In this document: positions 18,836 to 26,475 of the stretch, in pieces | How the letters are laid out: every line of letters starts with the position of its first letter | Position numbering within the stretch: position 1 is the first letter of the stretch | Source: a virus | Length of the DNA: 64,000 nt | IMG/VR virus record: IMGVR_UViG_3300027816_000056 | Strand: one strand, 5' to 3' | Position numbers and translations under genes: made by a program | The notes under the pieces: generated by a model | The model's database searches: none | What the model was told of the DNA's origin: nothing | Seen by the model: only the letters and a program-made list of their open reading frames with translations

Positions 18836-18864
18836 ATTATAATGATTTATCCGTACGAATCCTA
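18836..18864 (-). promoter_or_regulatory. Sigma70-like promoter TAGGAT-N17-TATAAT (leaderless)
   Basis: -10 box ends 6 nt before the ATG at 18829. Confidence 0.6.
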
Positions 18865-19805
18865 TTTTCTCGGGGACAATTTACATAATCAGTTTTAAAT
18901 GGACAATACTTGCAATTCTTATCACCTTTGCCAGCAACAGCTTCATATTGTCTATCTGCTAACTTGTTGCCGTCTGCATCAAAGCAATGATCAATAAAAT
19001 TGTCAATATGTTTTTGTACTTTGCGTTGAGTTACTGTGCCTGCTGCAGGTCGTAACAATTGGATGCGTTTCTGAGGAAACATTGATTCTTCAACAAGTTT
19101 GCGTTTAACTATGAAAAACTCAACTACAATGTTTTCTTTAGGGACGCCAAACTGACGTGAAAAATAATTCTTATAGGCAACTAGTTGTGCCATTTTCAAA
19201 GAATCTGACTTTTGATATTTATTCCAACCACTTCGGCTTGTTTTGATATCGTATATATGAATTGTATTGGTAGGTACATGACGCAAAACTAAATCAATAA
19301 AGCCGTACCAATATACCGAAGAATTTGTCTCTGATGCCGGTTCGCAAAGTTCTAATTCAATTCCAACCAATTCCCAATCCTTTGTCGAGAAGTATTGTTT
19401 GCGACGTTTCTTGAACCAATCTAATATAGCAACACCATCTTCTAAATATTCTGCCATTTGCAACGGATTGGAAAAATGTTCTCCGTTAGATTCATCAACA
19501 CGTCGTTTGTATTCTTCTCGAAGCTTGTTTGTTAGAATGCTACGGAAATCCAATGCATCTGCACGTTTAACTGAATCTGTATACATTACGGTTAAATAAT
19601 GTTGCAATGTTTCGTGAAAAGCCGTACCAAAGCAAGTTTCTATGCTAGATTGAAATGGAGCTAATCCATCAATATATGCAAGTTTCCATGACAACGGACA
19701 ACGTTCAAACATGGACCATTGTGAATAAGATATCTTACGAGGAACTGATGTAGCATCACGTAATGATAACGTATAGATAGGATTAATATAGTTTCCAGAT
19801 TTCAT
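18837..19805 (-). CDS. PD-(D/E)XK exonuclease (RecB/Cas4-like)
   Basis: ISYSQ..CP, FGTAFH, E..GFIDLV..IYDIKT, QL..Y, C-terminal CKYCPF..C. Confidence 0.88.
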   Translation of the reverse strand: MKSGNYINPIYTLSLRDATSVPRKISYSQWSMFERCPLSWKLAYIDGLAPFQSSIETCFGTAFHETLQHYLTVMYTDSVKRADALDFRSILTNKLREEYKRRVDESNGEHFSNPLQMAEYLEDGVAILDWFKKRRKQYFSTKDWELVGIELELCEPASETNSSVYWYGFIDLVLRHVPTNTIHIYDIKTSRSGWNKYQKSDSLKMAQLVAYKNYFSRQFGVPKENIVVEFFIVKRKLVEESMFPQKRIQLLRPAAGTVTQRKVQKHIDNFIDHCFDADGNKLADRQYEAVAGKGDKNCKYCPFKTDYVNCPRENRIRTDKSL

Positions 19806-19811
19806 ACATAT

Positions 19812-19840
19812 AATATATGAAATTATTTTGTAAGATCCAA
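19812..19840 (-). promoter_or_regulatory. Sigma70-like promoter TTGGAT-N17-TATATT (leaderless)
   Basis: -10 box ends 6 nt before the ATG at 19805. Confidence 0.65.
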
Positions 19841-20038
19841 ATAATGTTGCCGTTGTTCTTGCAGATAAATATCAATTAAATCTTTTGTTTTGTTAAGATC
19901 TTGTTCAAATGTACCTTTATGTCGGCATCTTACAATGCGTTTAATGATATCAAATTCATAGCTATTAAGTGACCACTCTTCTGCAAATTTATACAAGCTA
20001 TCTTTACCTCTGTAGTGTGATTGTGTGTTTACGCTCAT
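19823..20038 (-). CDS. DUF3310-like small phage protein
   Basis: SHY, IIK.IVRC.HKG..QDLNK pattern. Confidence 0.6.
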   Translation of the reverse strand: MSVNTQSHYRGKDSLYKFAEEWSLNSYEFDIIKRIVRCRHKGTFEQDLNKTKDLIDIYLQEQRQHYLDLTK

Positions 20039-20487
20039 TTCTTAACTCCTTTGATCATTGTTTTTATTTCACGTTCAGCATAACCGTATAATGACAGAAG
20101 ACGGGTGCATTGTTCTTGATTTAATAATTCGGCGTAGTCGATTGCTTCGGATTTGCTTACTTGATAATGTTCTGCAATCTGATCAATCAATTTGTCTGAA
20201 TATTTATCGTCTTTTTTACCTTTAACATACTTTGCAAAACCTTTGCTTGTTGGTAGTATTTCATGATAAAGGCGATATGTTTCTCTAGGTCGTAACAATC
20301 CTATTGTATATGTTTGTAACTCATTAACAAGTTCTATCAGATCCTGCCGCATTGATAGCCATCGATTCACAATAAATGGAGAAAACTTTGCCTGATCTGT
20401 TTCAGACCATTTACGCCATTCTTTCTTTTTGTGTGTGACTCCATCAATAAAATCAAAAATTGTTGCACCCTTTTTTTCTTCTGCCAT
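20035..20487 (-). CDS. Clamp-loader small subunit (T4 gp62-like)
   Basis: IFDFI..K, FSPFIVNRWLS, IAEHYQVSKSEA; near clamp loader and clamp. Confidence 0.8.
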   Translation of the reverse strand: MAEEKKGATIFDFIDGVTHKKKEWRKWSETDQAKFSPFIVNRWLSMRQDLIELVNELQTYTIGLLRPRETYRLYHEILPTSKGFAKYVKGKKDDKYSDKLIDQIAEHYQVSKSEAIDYAELLNQEQCTRLLSLYGYAEREIKTMIKGVKK

Positions 20488-20489
20488 GT

Positions 20490-20702
20490 TTATAGTTTAT
20501 ATTTCTGCTTGTATTTTTCTTCAAATAATTCACCCATACCAATTTCTAAAATAACTGCTGCATCTGGTATGCCTGGTATTTTACGTTCTAACACATCATC
20601 AATGCTTTTGTTTCTCAATGTTTTCATTTTTATTTTTGCATTGCTACGAGCTGATGTTTTGAAAACTAATGTTACATCAGCTTTATGATATGGCACCGAC
20701 AT
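20490..20702 (-). CDS. Hypothetical protein
   Basis: 70-aa ORF tightly packed in the operon. Confidence 0.65.
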   Translation of the reverse strand: MSVPYHKADVTLVFKTSARSNAKIKMKTLRNKSIDDVLERKIPGIPDAAVILEIGMGELFEEKYKQKYKL

Positions 20703-20923
20703 TATTTTTTCAATTTAATTGGTTGAAACTCTTCCGGAATAGCACCACAATCATCGCATCTAAATACCGGTACTGGTACCATTGTATCTTTGTCTCCGCC
20801 TGTTAGAAACTTTGACACTTTGTTAATTGCCATTACCTGACGAAAATACAATCCGTCACATTCTTTGCATTGTATCGGTTGCATATCATTAGGACCGATA
20901 TTTACATTTAATTTATTACTCAT
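20702..20923 (-). CDS. Zinc-ribbon protein
   Basis: CKEC..CDDC. Confidence 0.7.
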   Translation of the reverse strand: MSNKLNVNIGPNDMQPIQCKECDGLYFRQVMAINKVSKFLTGGDKDTMVPVPVFRCDDCGAIPEEFQPIKLKK

Positions 20924-21846
20924 ATTTCTCCTAAAATATTTACAAACATTGCCATTGCATTGATTTCTTTGTCTACTACACTAGCATCTTTAAATTGCGA
21001 CTCTGCAATAATCAATATTACCGGTGCAATATGGCCGTGAGCAAATTCATCTAAGTTATCATATAGAAATGTATACAATGGCGTAAAATCTCGCACTTTG
21101 CTATCCGCAATAATTTGACGAATTTTAGTAAATGCTGCCTTTTTATCTTTGCTATTACGCAGAACATCCAAAATTTCCGTCATGTAATTGGCTTGTATGC
21201 TACTTGTTTTGTCTAATTGCAATACTCCGTTAACTACGGATGCTTGTGCTGCATTAATTGCACGACGAATATCTGGATAAGATGCATTAATGATTGCTGC
21301 TACGTCTTTGATGTCATATCGTATTTCATTTTCTTCAAGTACTTGCACTAATCGCTTTGCTACATCCGTTTTATTGGGTGGAGTTATTGCAAATGTCTGA
21401 CAACGAGATTGAATTGGGTCAATAATCTTTTCAACATAATTACATGTTAAAATGAATCGTGTTGTTTTGCTATAAGTCTCCATTAAATTGCGAAGTGCGG
21501 CTTGAGCATTAGGTGTCAAGTAATCTGCTTCATCTAAAATAATGATTTTCCAACGACGAAATCCAACTGTAGATGCATATCTTTTAATTTTATCTCTAAC
21601 AGCATCCACCGAGTTTTCATCCGATGCATTTATATACATAACATCGGCGTCCACACTAGAGGCAATGATTTTTGCCAACGTGGTCTTCCCAGTTCCAGCT
21701 GTGCCATAAAATAACAAGTGAGGAACGTCGCCATTAGCAATAAATATGCCAACTTTTTCAATGATATGTTCATTTCCTATATATCCTTCTAATGTATCTG
21801 GGCGAAACGATTCTACCCAGAGTGTATTTTCTGTGTTTCCGTACAT
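20920..21846 (-). CDS. Clamp-loader AAA+ subunit (T4 gp44/RFC small subunit-like)
   Basis: LWVESFRP, GTAGTGKTT, INASDE, DEAD, SRC. Confidence 0.95.
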   Translation of the reverse strand: MYGNTENTLWVESFRPDTLEGYIGNEHIIEKVGIFIANGDVPHLLFYGTAGTGKTTLAKIIASSVDADVMYINASDENSVDAVRDKIKRYASTVGFRRWKIIILDEADYLTPNAQAALRNLMETYSKTTRFILTCNYVEKIIDPIQSRCQTFAITPPNKTDVAKRLVQVLEENEIRYDIKDVAAIINASYPDIRRAINAAQASVVNGVLQLDKTSSIQANYMTEILDVLRNSKDKKAAFTKIRQIIADSKVRDFTPLYTFLYDNLDEFAHGHIAPVILIIAESQFKDASVVDKEINAMAMFVNILGEI

Positions 21847-21848
21847 AC

Positions 21849-22274
21849 TTAAATACCTGTTGATCCAAATCCTTTGTCACCTCGTTTAGTTCCGGATAAT
21901 GCTCCGGTAGGCAACCATTCTATATGTTCTACTTTGCAAAGAACCATTTGAGCTATTCGATCTCCTTTTTCAAATTCAACAGCTCTAGGACCATGATTAA
22001 TTAAAATAACTCCTATTTCTCCTCTATAATCACAATCAATAGTGCCTGGAGAATTCAATACAGTGATTCCATGTTTCAATGCCAATCCGCTTCTTGGTCT
22101 AATTTGTATTTCATATCCTTGCGGAATTTCTACATATAATCCGGTGTTAACTAGAATTCTAGTACCCGAATCCAAAAATATGTCCTCGTTGCAACAAATA
22201 TCTAAACCTGCGGATCCCGGAGTCTTATACTGCGGGATCGGATTATTGGATGTGTTTTTTACTGGTACTATCAT
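21849..22274 (-). CDS. dut: Trimeric dUTPase
   Basis: AGLD, RPRSGLA, GTIDCDYRGE, RIAQ, RG..GFGSTG; start moved to MIVPV. Confidence 0.96.
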   Translation of the reverse strand: MIVPVKNTSNNPIPQYKTPGSAGLDICCNEDIFLDSGTRILVNTGLYVEIPQGYEIQIRPRSGLALKHGITVLNSPGTIDCDYRGEIGVILINHGPRAVEFEKGDRIAQMVLCKVEHIEWLPTGALSGTKRGDKGFGSTGI

Positions 22275-22279
22275 AACAA

Positions 22280-22990
22280 TTAATTCTGTAACATTACTAA
22301 CCAATATGTTGAATCAAAATCATTTCCAACAAAATCTATACGAGCTAATCCATCTGGTGATACATGCAACTGACCAGCATCTCCTCGATTTGCTACAAGT
22401 ACTTCTTTCAATTTATCTGCAGAGAAACAAACTGGATCCATATCTGCACCTGGAGTATTGCCTACTTCAAATGTGATGTTGTCTGCATTTACGGTACTAT
22501 AATTAATAATAAAACGAATTACACCACCTTTAACTTGAACTGCAAAGTTTTTAGCATCAGGCAAAGCATTTTTTGCTTTGATAAATTTAGTAATAAACTC
22601 ATCATTAACTGGAATTTGAATTTGATAATCAGGCTCTGCATTGATTGCAGGTACTGCTGGAATGACAGTGGTATCAGCTAACATAAAGGTTGCTTCAGTT
22701 TTTCCTTCGCTGATTTTCATTGCATAGTTTTTACCTGCAGAATCTTTAACATCAATTTCAATATTTTCACCTAGTGCTGATAACATTTTAATTAAGGCGC
22801 CTGTATGATTGATTCCTAATTCGCCTTTCATGAAAGGAGTCGTTTTCCATTGAATTTTACCTACAACGGTTTGATCAATATCAATTAATTCACATCCGAT
22901 TCCTTCGGCATTTTCTTTTAGTTTAACTGCCTCGCAATTACCAGCAAGATAATAACGATTAATTAATGATTGTAATTTGCTTTTTTCCAT
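22280..22990 (-). CDS. Sliding clamp (T4 gp45-like)
   Basis: 236-aa two-lobed alpha/beta pattern, next to the clamp loader. Confidence 0.75.
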   Translation of the reverse strand: MEKSKLQSLINRYYLAGNCEAVKLKENAEGIGCELIDIDQTVVGKIQWKTTPFMKGELGINHTGALIKMLSALGENIEIDVKDSAGKNYAMKISEGKTEATFMLADTTVIPAVPAINAEPDYQIQIPVNDEFITKFIKAKNALPDAKNFAVQVKGGVIRFIINYSTVNADNITFEVGNTPGADMDPVCFSADKLKEVLVANRGDAGQLHVSPDGLARIDFVGNDFDSTYWLVMLQN

Positions 22991-23001
22991 TTTTATCCTG
23001 A

Positions 23002-24264
23002 TTAAAATTTAAAGAATTTATTAAAGTTTTCTGCATCGGTAGTTGAAATTGAATCACCTCCGAATTTTTTATATGTTTTAATATACTTTTCGTATACTTG
23101 TGGTGCTGCATCTGGATCTGCAAACATTTCATGCAATGATAAAATCACATCATATAAATCTTTAGGAACTACTGTTTCTAACAATTCAACGTGACTATCA
23201 ACTAATTGATTTATTTCTTTTGCAGCATTCACATACAAATGGGTATTATGAACAACCATTCTAGGCATAGCTTCTTGTGAATATCTATCTAATCCAGCAT
23301 CCGTCTTACCGCCGAGATATTCATATGTAAAATCAGCACAAGCTGGACATCCTAATTGACAAGGTACATGTTGTGTCAAATCAATTCCAGTTACATCACC
23401 CGTTTTGCCTTGTTTGATATGTGACTTACGTCGATACTCAGCATTCTTTGGAAAATACAATTCAGAGAATGTTTGTGTCTTGAAATTTGTTGAATGAAGA
23501 TACGTTCCAAATACTGGATATTGTCCTGGTGATGATGAATCCGTTGTTACTGTAATTCTTCCTCCGTAATGTTTATTCATTAATTTTTGCATTGTTGCTA
23601 AAATAAAGAAATCGGAAATTTTACTAATTCCTAACAAGTGAAGATATTCATTACGAGTTTTTTCAAATTCTCCTTCTTTAAGCATTAATGATAATGCAAA
23701 CATGAAATCAACTAATTTTTGTGGACCACCAATCGCCCATCCTTGAAAATCAAAATGCTTGAATTTATGATACCACCATGTATATTCCTCAGCATTCGAT
23801 CCTTGCAACATATTCAAAAACTTAGTCTTACCGCTTTGATGTTTTTCAAACCAAGCAAAGTTATCATAACTAATATCTGCACATGTTGCAAATTGATTTC
23901 TATATTTAGTTTTAGGTGGTATATCTAAATTTGCTGCAACATCGCTGTTTGCTTCTAACCAATGAAAAATCTTTTCACGAAGTTCATTACTATACGGCAA
24001 AGCACCAGTTGCAATCTGATATCCTCCAGAATCTCCAAATACTAATACATCTTTTTCTAATCCTAGTTGATCTCGAAAATCCATTTTTTTGTAATGATGT
24101 CCTGCCGTAATCAAAAAGTATGGATGTCTCCAATCTTCTGGATAACGAGAGTCAAAAAACTTTACAGGGTCACCATTTGAAAATTTCATATCTTTCTTAA
24201 ATGCAGAAACCATAGATCCTGCAGATAATGATGGAAAGTATATGAATCTTTTAGCTTCGCTCAT
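23002..24264 (-). CDS. dpdA: Guanine transglycosylase, DpdA/TGT family (probable DNA 7-deazaguanine insertase)
   Basis: DSGGYQ, LDIPP, LQG, WAIGG, HLLG, DSSS, C-x3-C-x2-C..HN zinc site; folE/queD/queE nearby. Confidence 0.8.
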   Translation of the reverse strand: MSEAKRFIYFPSLSAGSMVSAFKKDMKFSNGDPVKFFDSRYPEDWRHPYFLITAGHHYKKMDFRDQLGLEKDVLVFGDSGGYQIATGALPYSNELREKIFHWLEANSDVAANLDIPPKTKYRNQFATCADISYDNFAWFEKHQSGKTKFLNMLQGSNAEEYTWWYHKFKHFDFQGWAIGGPQKLVDFMFALSLMLKEGEFEKTRNEYLHLLGISKISDFFILATMQKLMNKHYGGRITVTTDSSSPGQYPVFGTYLHSTNFKTQTFSELYFPKNAEYRRKSHIKQGKTGDVTGIDLTQHVPCQLGCPACADFTYEYLGGKTDAGLDRYSQEAMPRMVVHNTHLYVNAAKEINQLVDSHVELLETVVPKDLYDVILSLHEMFADPDAAPQVYEKYIKTYKKFGGDSISTTDAENFNKFFKF

Positions 24265-25291
24265 TGTATTCCTTTAGTTTATTAATTAATTTTGTTGCTG
24301 AAAAAAAGTTTTTATGTAATGCTGTAACCAGTTGATTAATATTAGTTGTTATATCAGCATTTTCATATTCTAATATTGCTTGAACCACATCATCTATACT
24401 ATTCGCACGTTTAAACATCGGCGAATACATTTCAGTGTATGATAATCTATCTGGCACAATCGGACATGCTCCTGCACAAGCTGATTCATACATTGATATA
24501 CCTAATGTTTCTTGATCTGCAAATGATACTGCAAACTTAGCTCGTCGAAGCAATTCATGATATTCTGGTTTAGTTAAATTCATTTCCATTGCTACACAGA
24601 ATTGATAATGTGCTAATTCTGGACGAGCTGCTAATTCTTGAAATAAGTCTAATCGTTTCTCAGGAGCTATACGGTGCGGAAACACTATGATGTTTTCTTT
24701 TTCTGCCCAAGCTTTTGGTTGAATTATATTTTTGGTATATTCCATTGGCCAGCCCGTACGATGAAATGTTAAATTGAATGATATATCATATGTTTTACTC
24801 ATTAAATCAAAGTGAGCTTGTGTTGCTAACCAATTGAAATCAAATGCAGATATAAATGATTGTTCTGCGTGTCGTATCCACGATTTTCCTCCTACGAGAC
24901 GACCTAAAAAATCATTTGGATCATATGACCCCGCGTGCCATAGTCCGTGCGTTACAACGGGAATATTTAGGAGTTCGCTCATGTATTTTACATTGATAAT
25001 ACCCGGATGCCATGCATCTGTAAAAATAATATGATCTCCTGGCTGAATATGTCCTCGGGTAAACATGTAACTTAAAGAATGAACTTGCTTTGCTTTATAC
25101 ATGTTAGTACCACCAAAATTTAAGAATGCACCTGGAGTGGTTGCTTCTGGAATATTCAAATCTCCCTCTACAACAATTACTTCAAATCCAGCTTCTTCTA
25201 ATAATTTTGGTACATGAGTCTTCCATTCGCAGGTATAACGAGTTGGTACTGATTCTATGTCAACTAAAAATATTCTCATCTTATCTTTCAA
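24251..25291 (-). CDS. GT-B (GT4-like) glycosyltransferase in the deazaguanine operon
   Basis: HAGSYD, VFPHRIAPEKR, QETLGISMYE..GACPIVPDRLSY.E. Confidence 0.8.
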   Translation of the reverse strand: MKDKMRIFLVDIESVPTRYTCEWKTHVPKLLEEAGFEVIVVEGDLNIPEATTPGAFLNFGGTNMYKAKQVHSLSYMFTRGHIQPGDHIIFTDAWHPGIINVKYMSELLNIPVVTHGLWHAGSYDPNDFLGRLVGGKSWIRHAEQSFISAFDFNWLATQAHFDLMSKTYDISFNLTFHRTGWPMEYTKNIIQPKAWAEKENIIVFPHRIAPEKRLDLFQELAARPELAHYQFCVAMEMNLTKPEYHELLRRAKFAVSFADQETLGISMYESACAGACPIVPDRLSYTEMYSPMFKRANSIDDVVQAILEYENADITTNINQLVTALHKNFFSATKLINKLKEYNERS

Positions 25292-25637
25292 TTATCGCTC
25301 CATTTTCCCAATCTTCCCAAACTTCTACTTTGTATAATTCTGGAAATTGATCTAATAAAAATTCTCCAATAGCTTCGCATGACATTGCACCAAATTCTAG
25401 TACATTATATGCATCTTTTTCGAAATACATATGAAGATTTCGTTTTATCTCTCGATTTAATAAAATAAATTCTTTGTCTCGATCCGTATGCGTTACATGT
25501 GCATAACATCGAAATCCAAACATGTGTCGATGTCTATCCGATAAGAATGCTACTTCCGGGAACACATCTTTAGCAGCGGGCCAACAATGAAACCCTTCAA
25601 TACTAAATGTTACTACTACGCTGTACTTCATCTGCAA
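25281..25637 (-). CDS. dpdL: QueD-like T-fold protein, probable CDG decarboxylase (DpdL-like)
   Basis: EGFHCW, LSDRHRHMF (LxxxHRHxF, which I recall as the DpdL signature), SCE, VWEDWENG; a canonical queD exists separately. Confidence 0.7.
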   Translation of the reverse strand: MQMKYSVVVTFSIEGFHCWPAAKDVFPEVAFLSDRHRHMFGFRCYAHVTHTDRDKEFILLNREIKRNLHMYFEKDAYNVLEFGAMSCEAIGEFLLDQFPELYKVEVWEDWENGAIIER

Positions 25638-26019
25638 TTAATTGTTTATATTTAGTTGTAGACCAACCATGTGATCTATCAATGTAATGAATAAGAGTAC
25701 CTAAATCTTTACCGGTAAAATCTTTTCCAATGTAATCATCTCCTAGGAAACGAATATCCGGATCAATACCTTTAATAAATTCATAAAGTATTTTTTCCGT
25801 AGAATACGTTATAACTTCATCAATCATTTCTAATGAAAGCAACATTTCTTTACGTTCGGCTACTGATAAGATAGGTTTCATTTTTTCTGGACGTTCGATA
25901 CTAGGATCTTCATGTAACAATACAATCAACCTAGTACAATGTTTTTTACATTCATTAAACATCTTAATATAACCTGGATGTATTACATCAAAGTTACCAG
26001 CAATTACTCCTATTTTCAT
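25603..26019 (-). CDS. Cytidylyltransferase (TagD glycerol-3-phosphate CTase-like)
   Basis: AGNFDVIHPGY (HxGH variant), KPI..ER, GDDY, RSHGWSTT. Confidence 0.85.
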   Translation of the reverse strand: MKIGVIAGNFDVIHPGYIKMFNECKKHCTRLIVLLHEDPSIERPEKMKPILSVAERKEMLLSLEMIDEVITYSTEKILYEFIKGIDPDIRFLGDDYIGKDFTGKDLGTLIHYIDRSHGWSTTKYKQLIADEVQRSSNI

Positions 26020-26441
26020 TGTCTATCGAATTTATAATCATCTGGAGTTACTTGTTGCATATTATGCACTGTGGTACAATACAATGAATAATCTGCATAC
26101 ACAACTTTAATACTATCTGTTTTCTTTAGCAATCCAGCATCTTTACAATCCAACATTAATAAGATGTGAGCTCGAATTCTAATCATTGGTGGTATCTTTT
26201 CTAACATACCAGGAGTAACTTCTAATGTTACAAAACTAGTATCAGAAATCATTCTGAATACCATATCCCATCGCTCTTGTTCAATTAACTGCTGTGTAGC
26301 TCCGGAACAAAAATAAACATGTGCTATTTTATTTGCTACAATTTTATCTAATGCCTTTACATCAGCAATAAATAAAGTTTCAATATCGGTAAAGCGACCT
26401 TCTACTTCTTTACCATACCAATGAGTTCTATAACCAATCAT
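26016..26441 (-). CDS. Hypothetical protein, first gene of the deazaguanine/clamp operon
   Basis: 141 aa; WYGKEVEG..TLFI, HVYF; ATGA overlap with the CTase gene. Confidence 0.75.
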   Translation of the reverse strand: MIGYRTHWYGKEVEGRFTDIETLFIADVKALDKIVANKIAHVYFCSGATQQLIEQERWDMVFRMISDTSFVTLEVTPGMLEKIPPMIRIRAHILLMLDCKDAGLLKKTDSIKVVYADYSLYCTTVHNMQQVTPDDYKFDRQ

Positions 26442-26446
26442 ACCAT

Positions 26447-26475
26447 ATTATAATAAAATAATTGCTATTTTCCAA
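26447..26475 (-). promoter_or_regulatory. Sigma70-like promoter TTGGAA-N17-TATAAT (leaderless)
   Basis: Perfect -10 box 5 nt from the ATG at 26441; -35 box lies in the last codons of polB. Confidence 0.7.

Noticed and set aside
18837-19805. Cas4-like nuclease as evidence of a CRISPR-Cas system
   Set aside because: No repeat-spacer array or other cas genes; stand-alone Cas4-like nucleases are common in phages
23002-24264. Annotation as an ordinary tRNA-guanine transglycosylase for queuosine
   Set aside because: No queC/queF/queA in the window, position between polB and the clamp, and a polymerase-like tail favour a DNA substrate; not formally excluded
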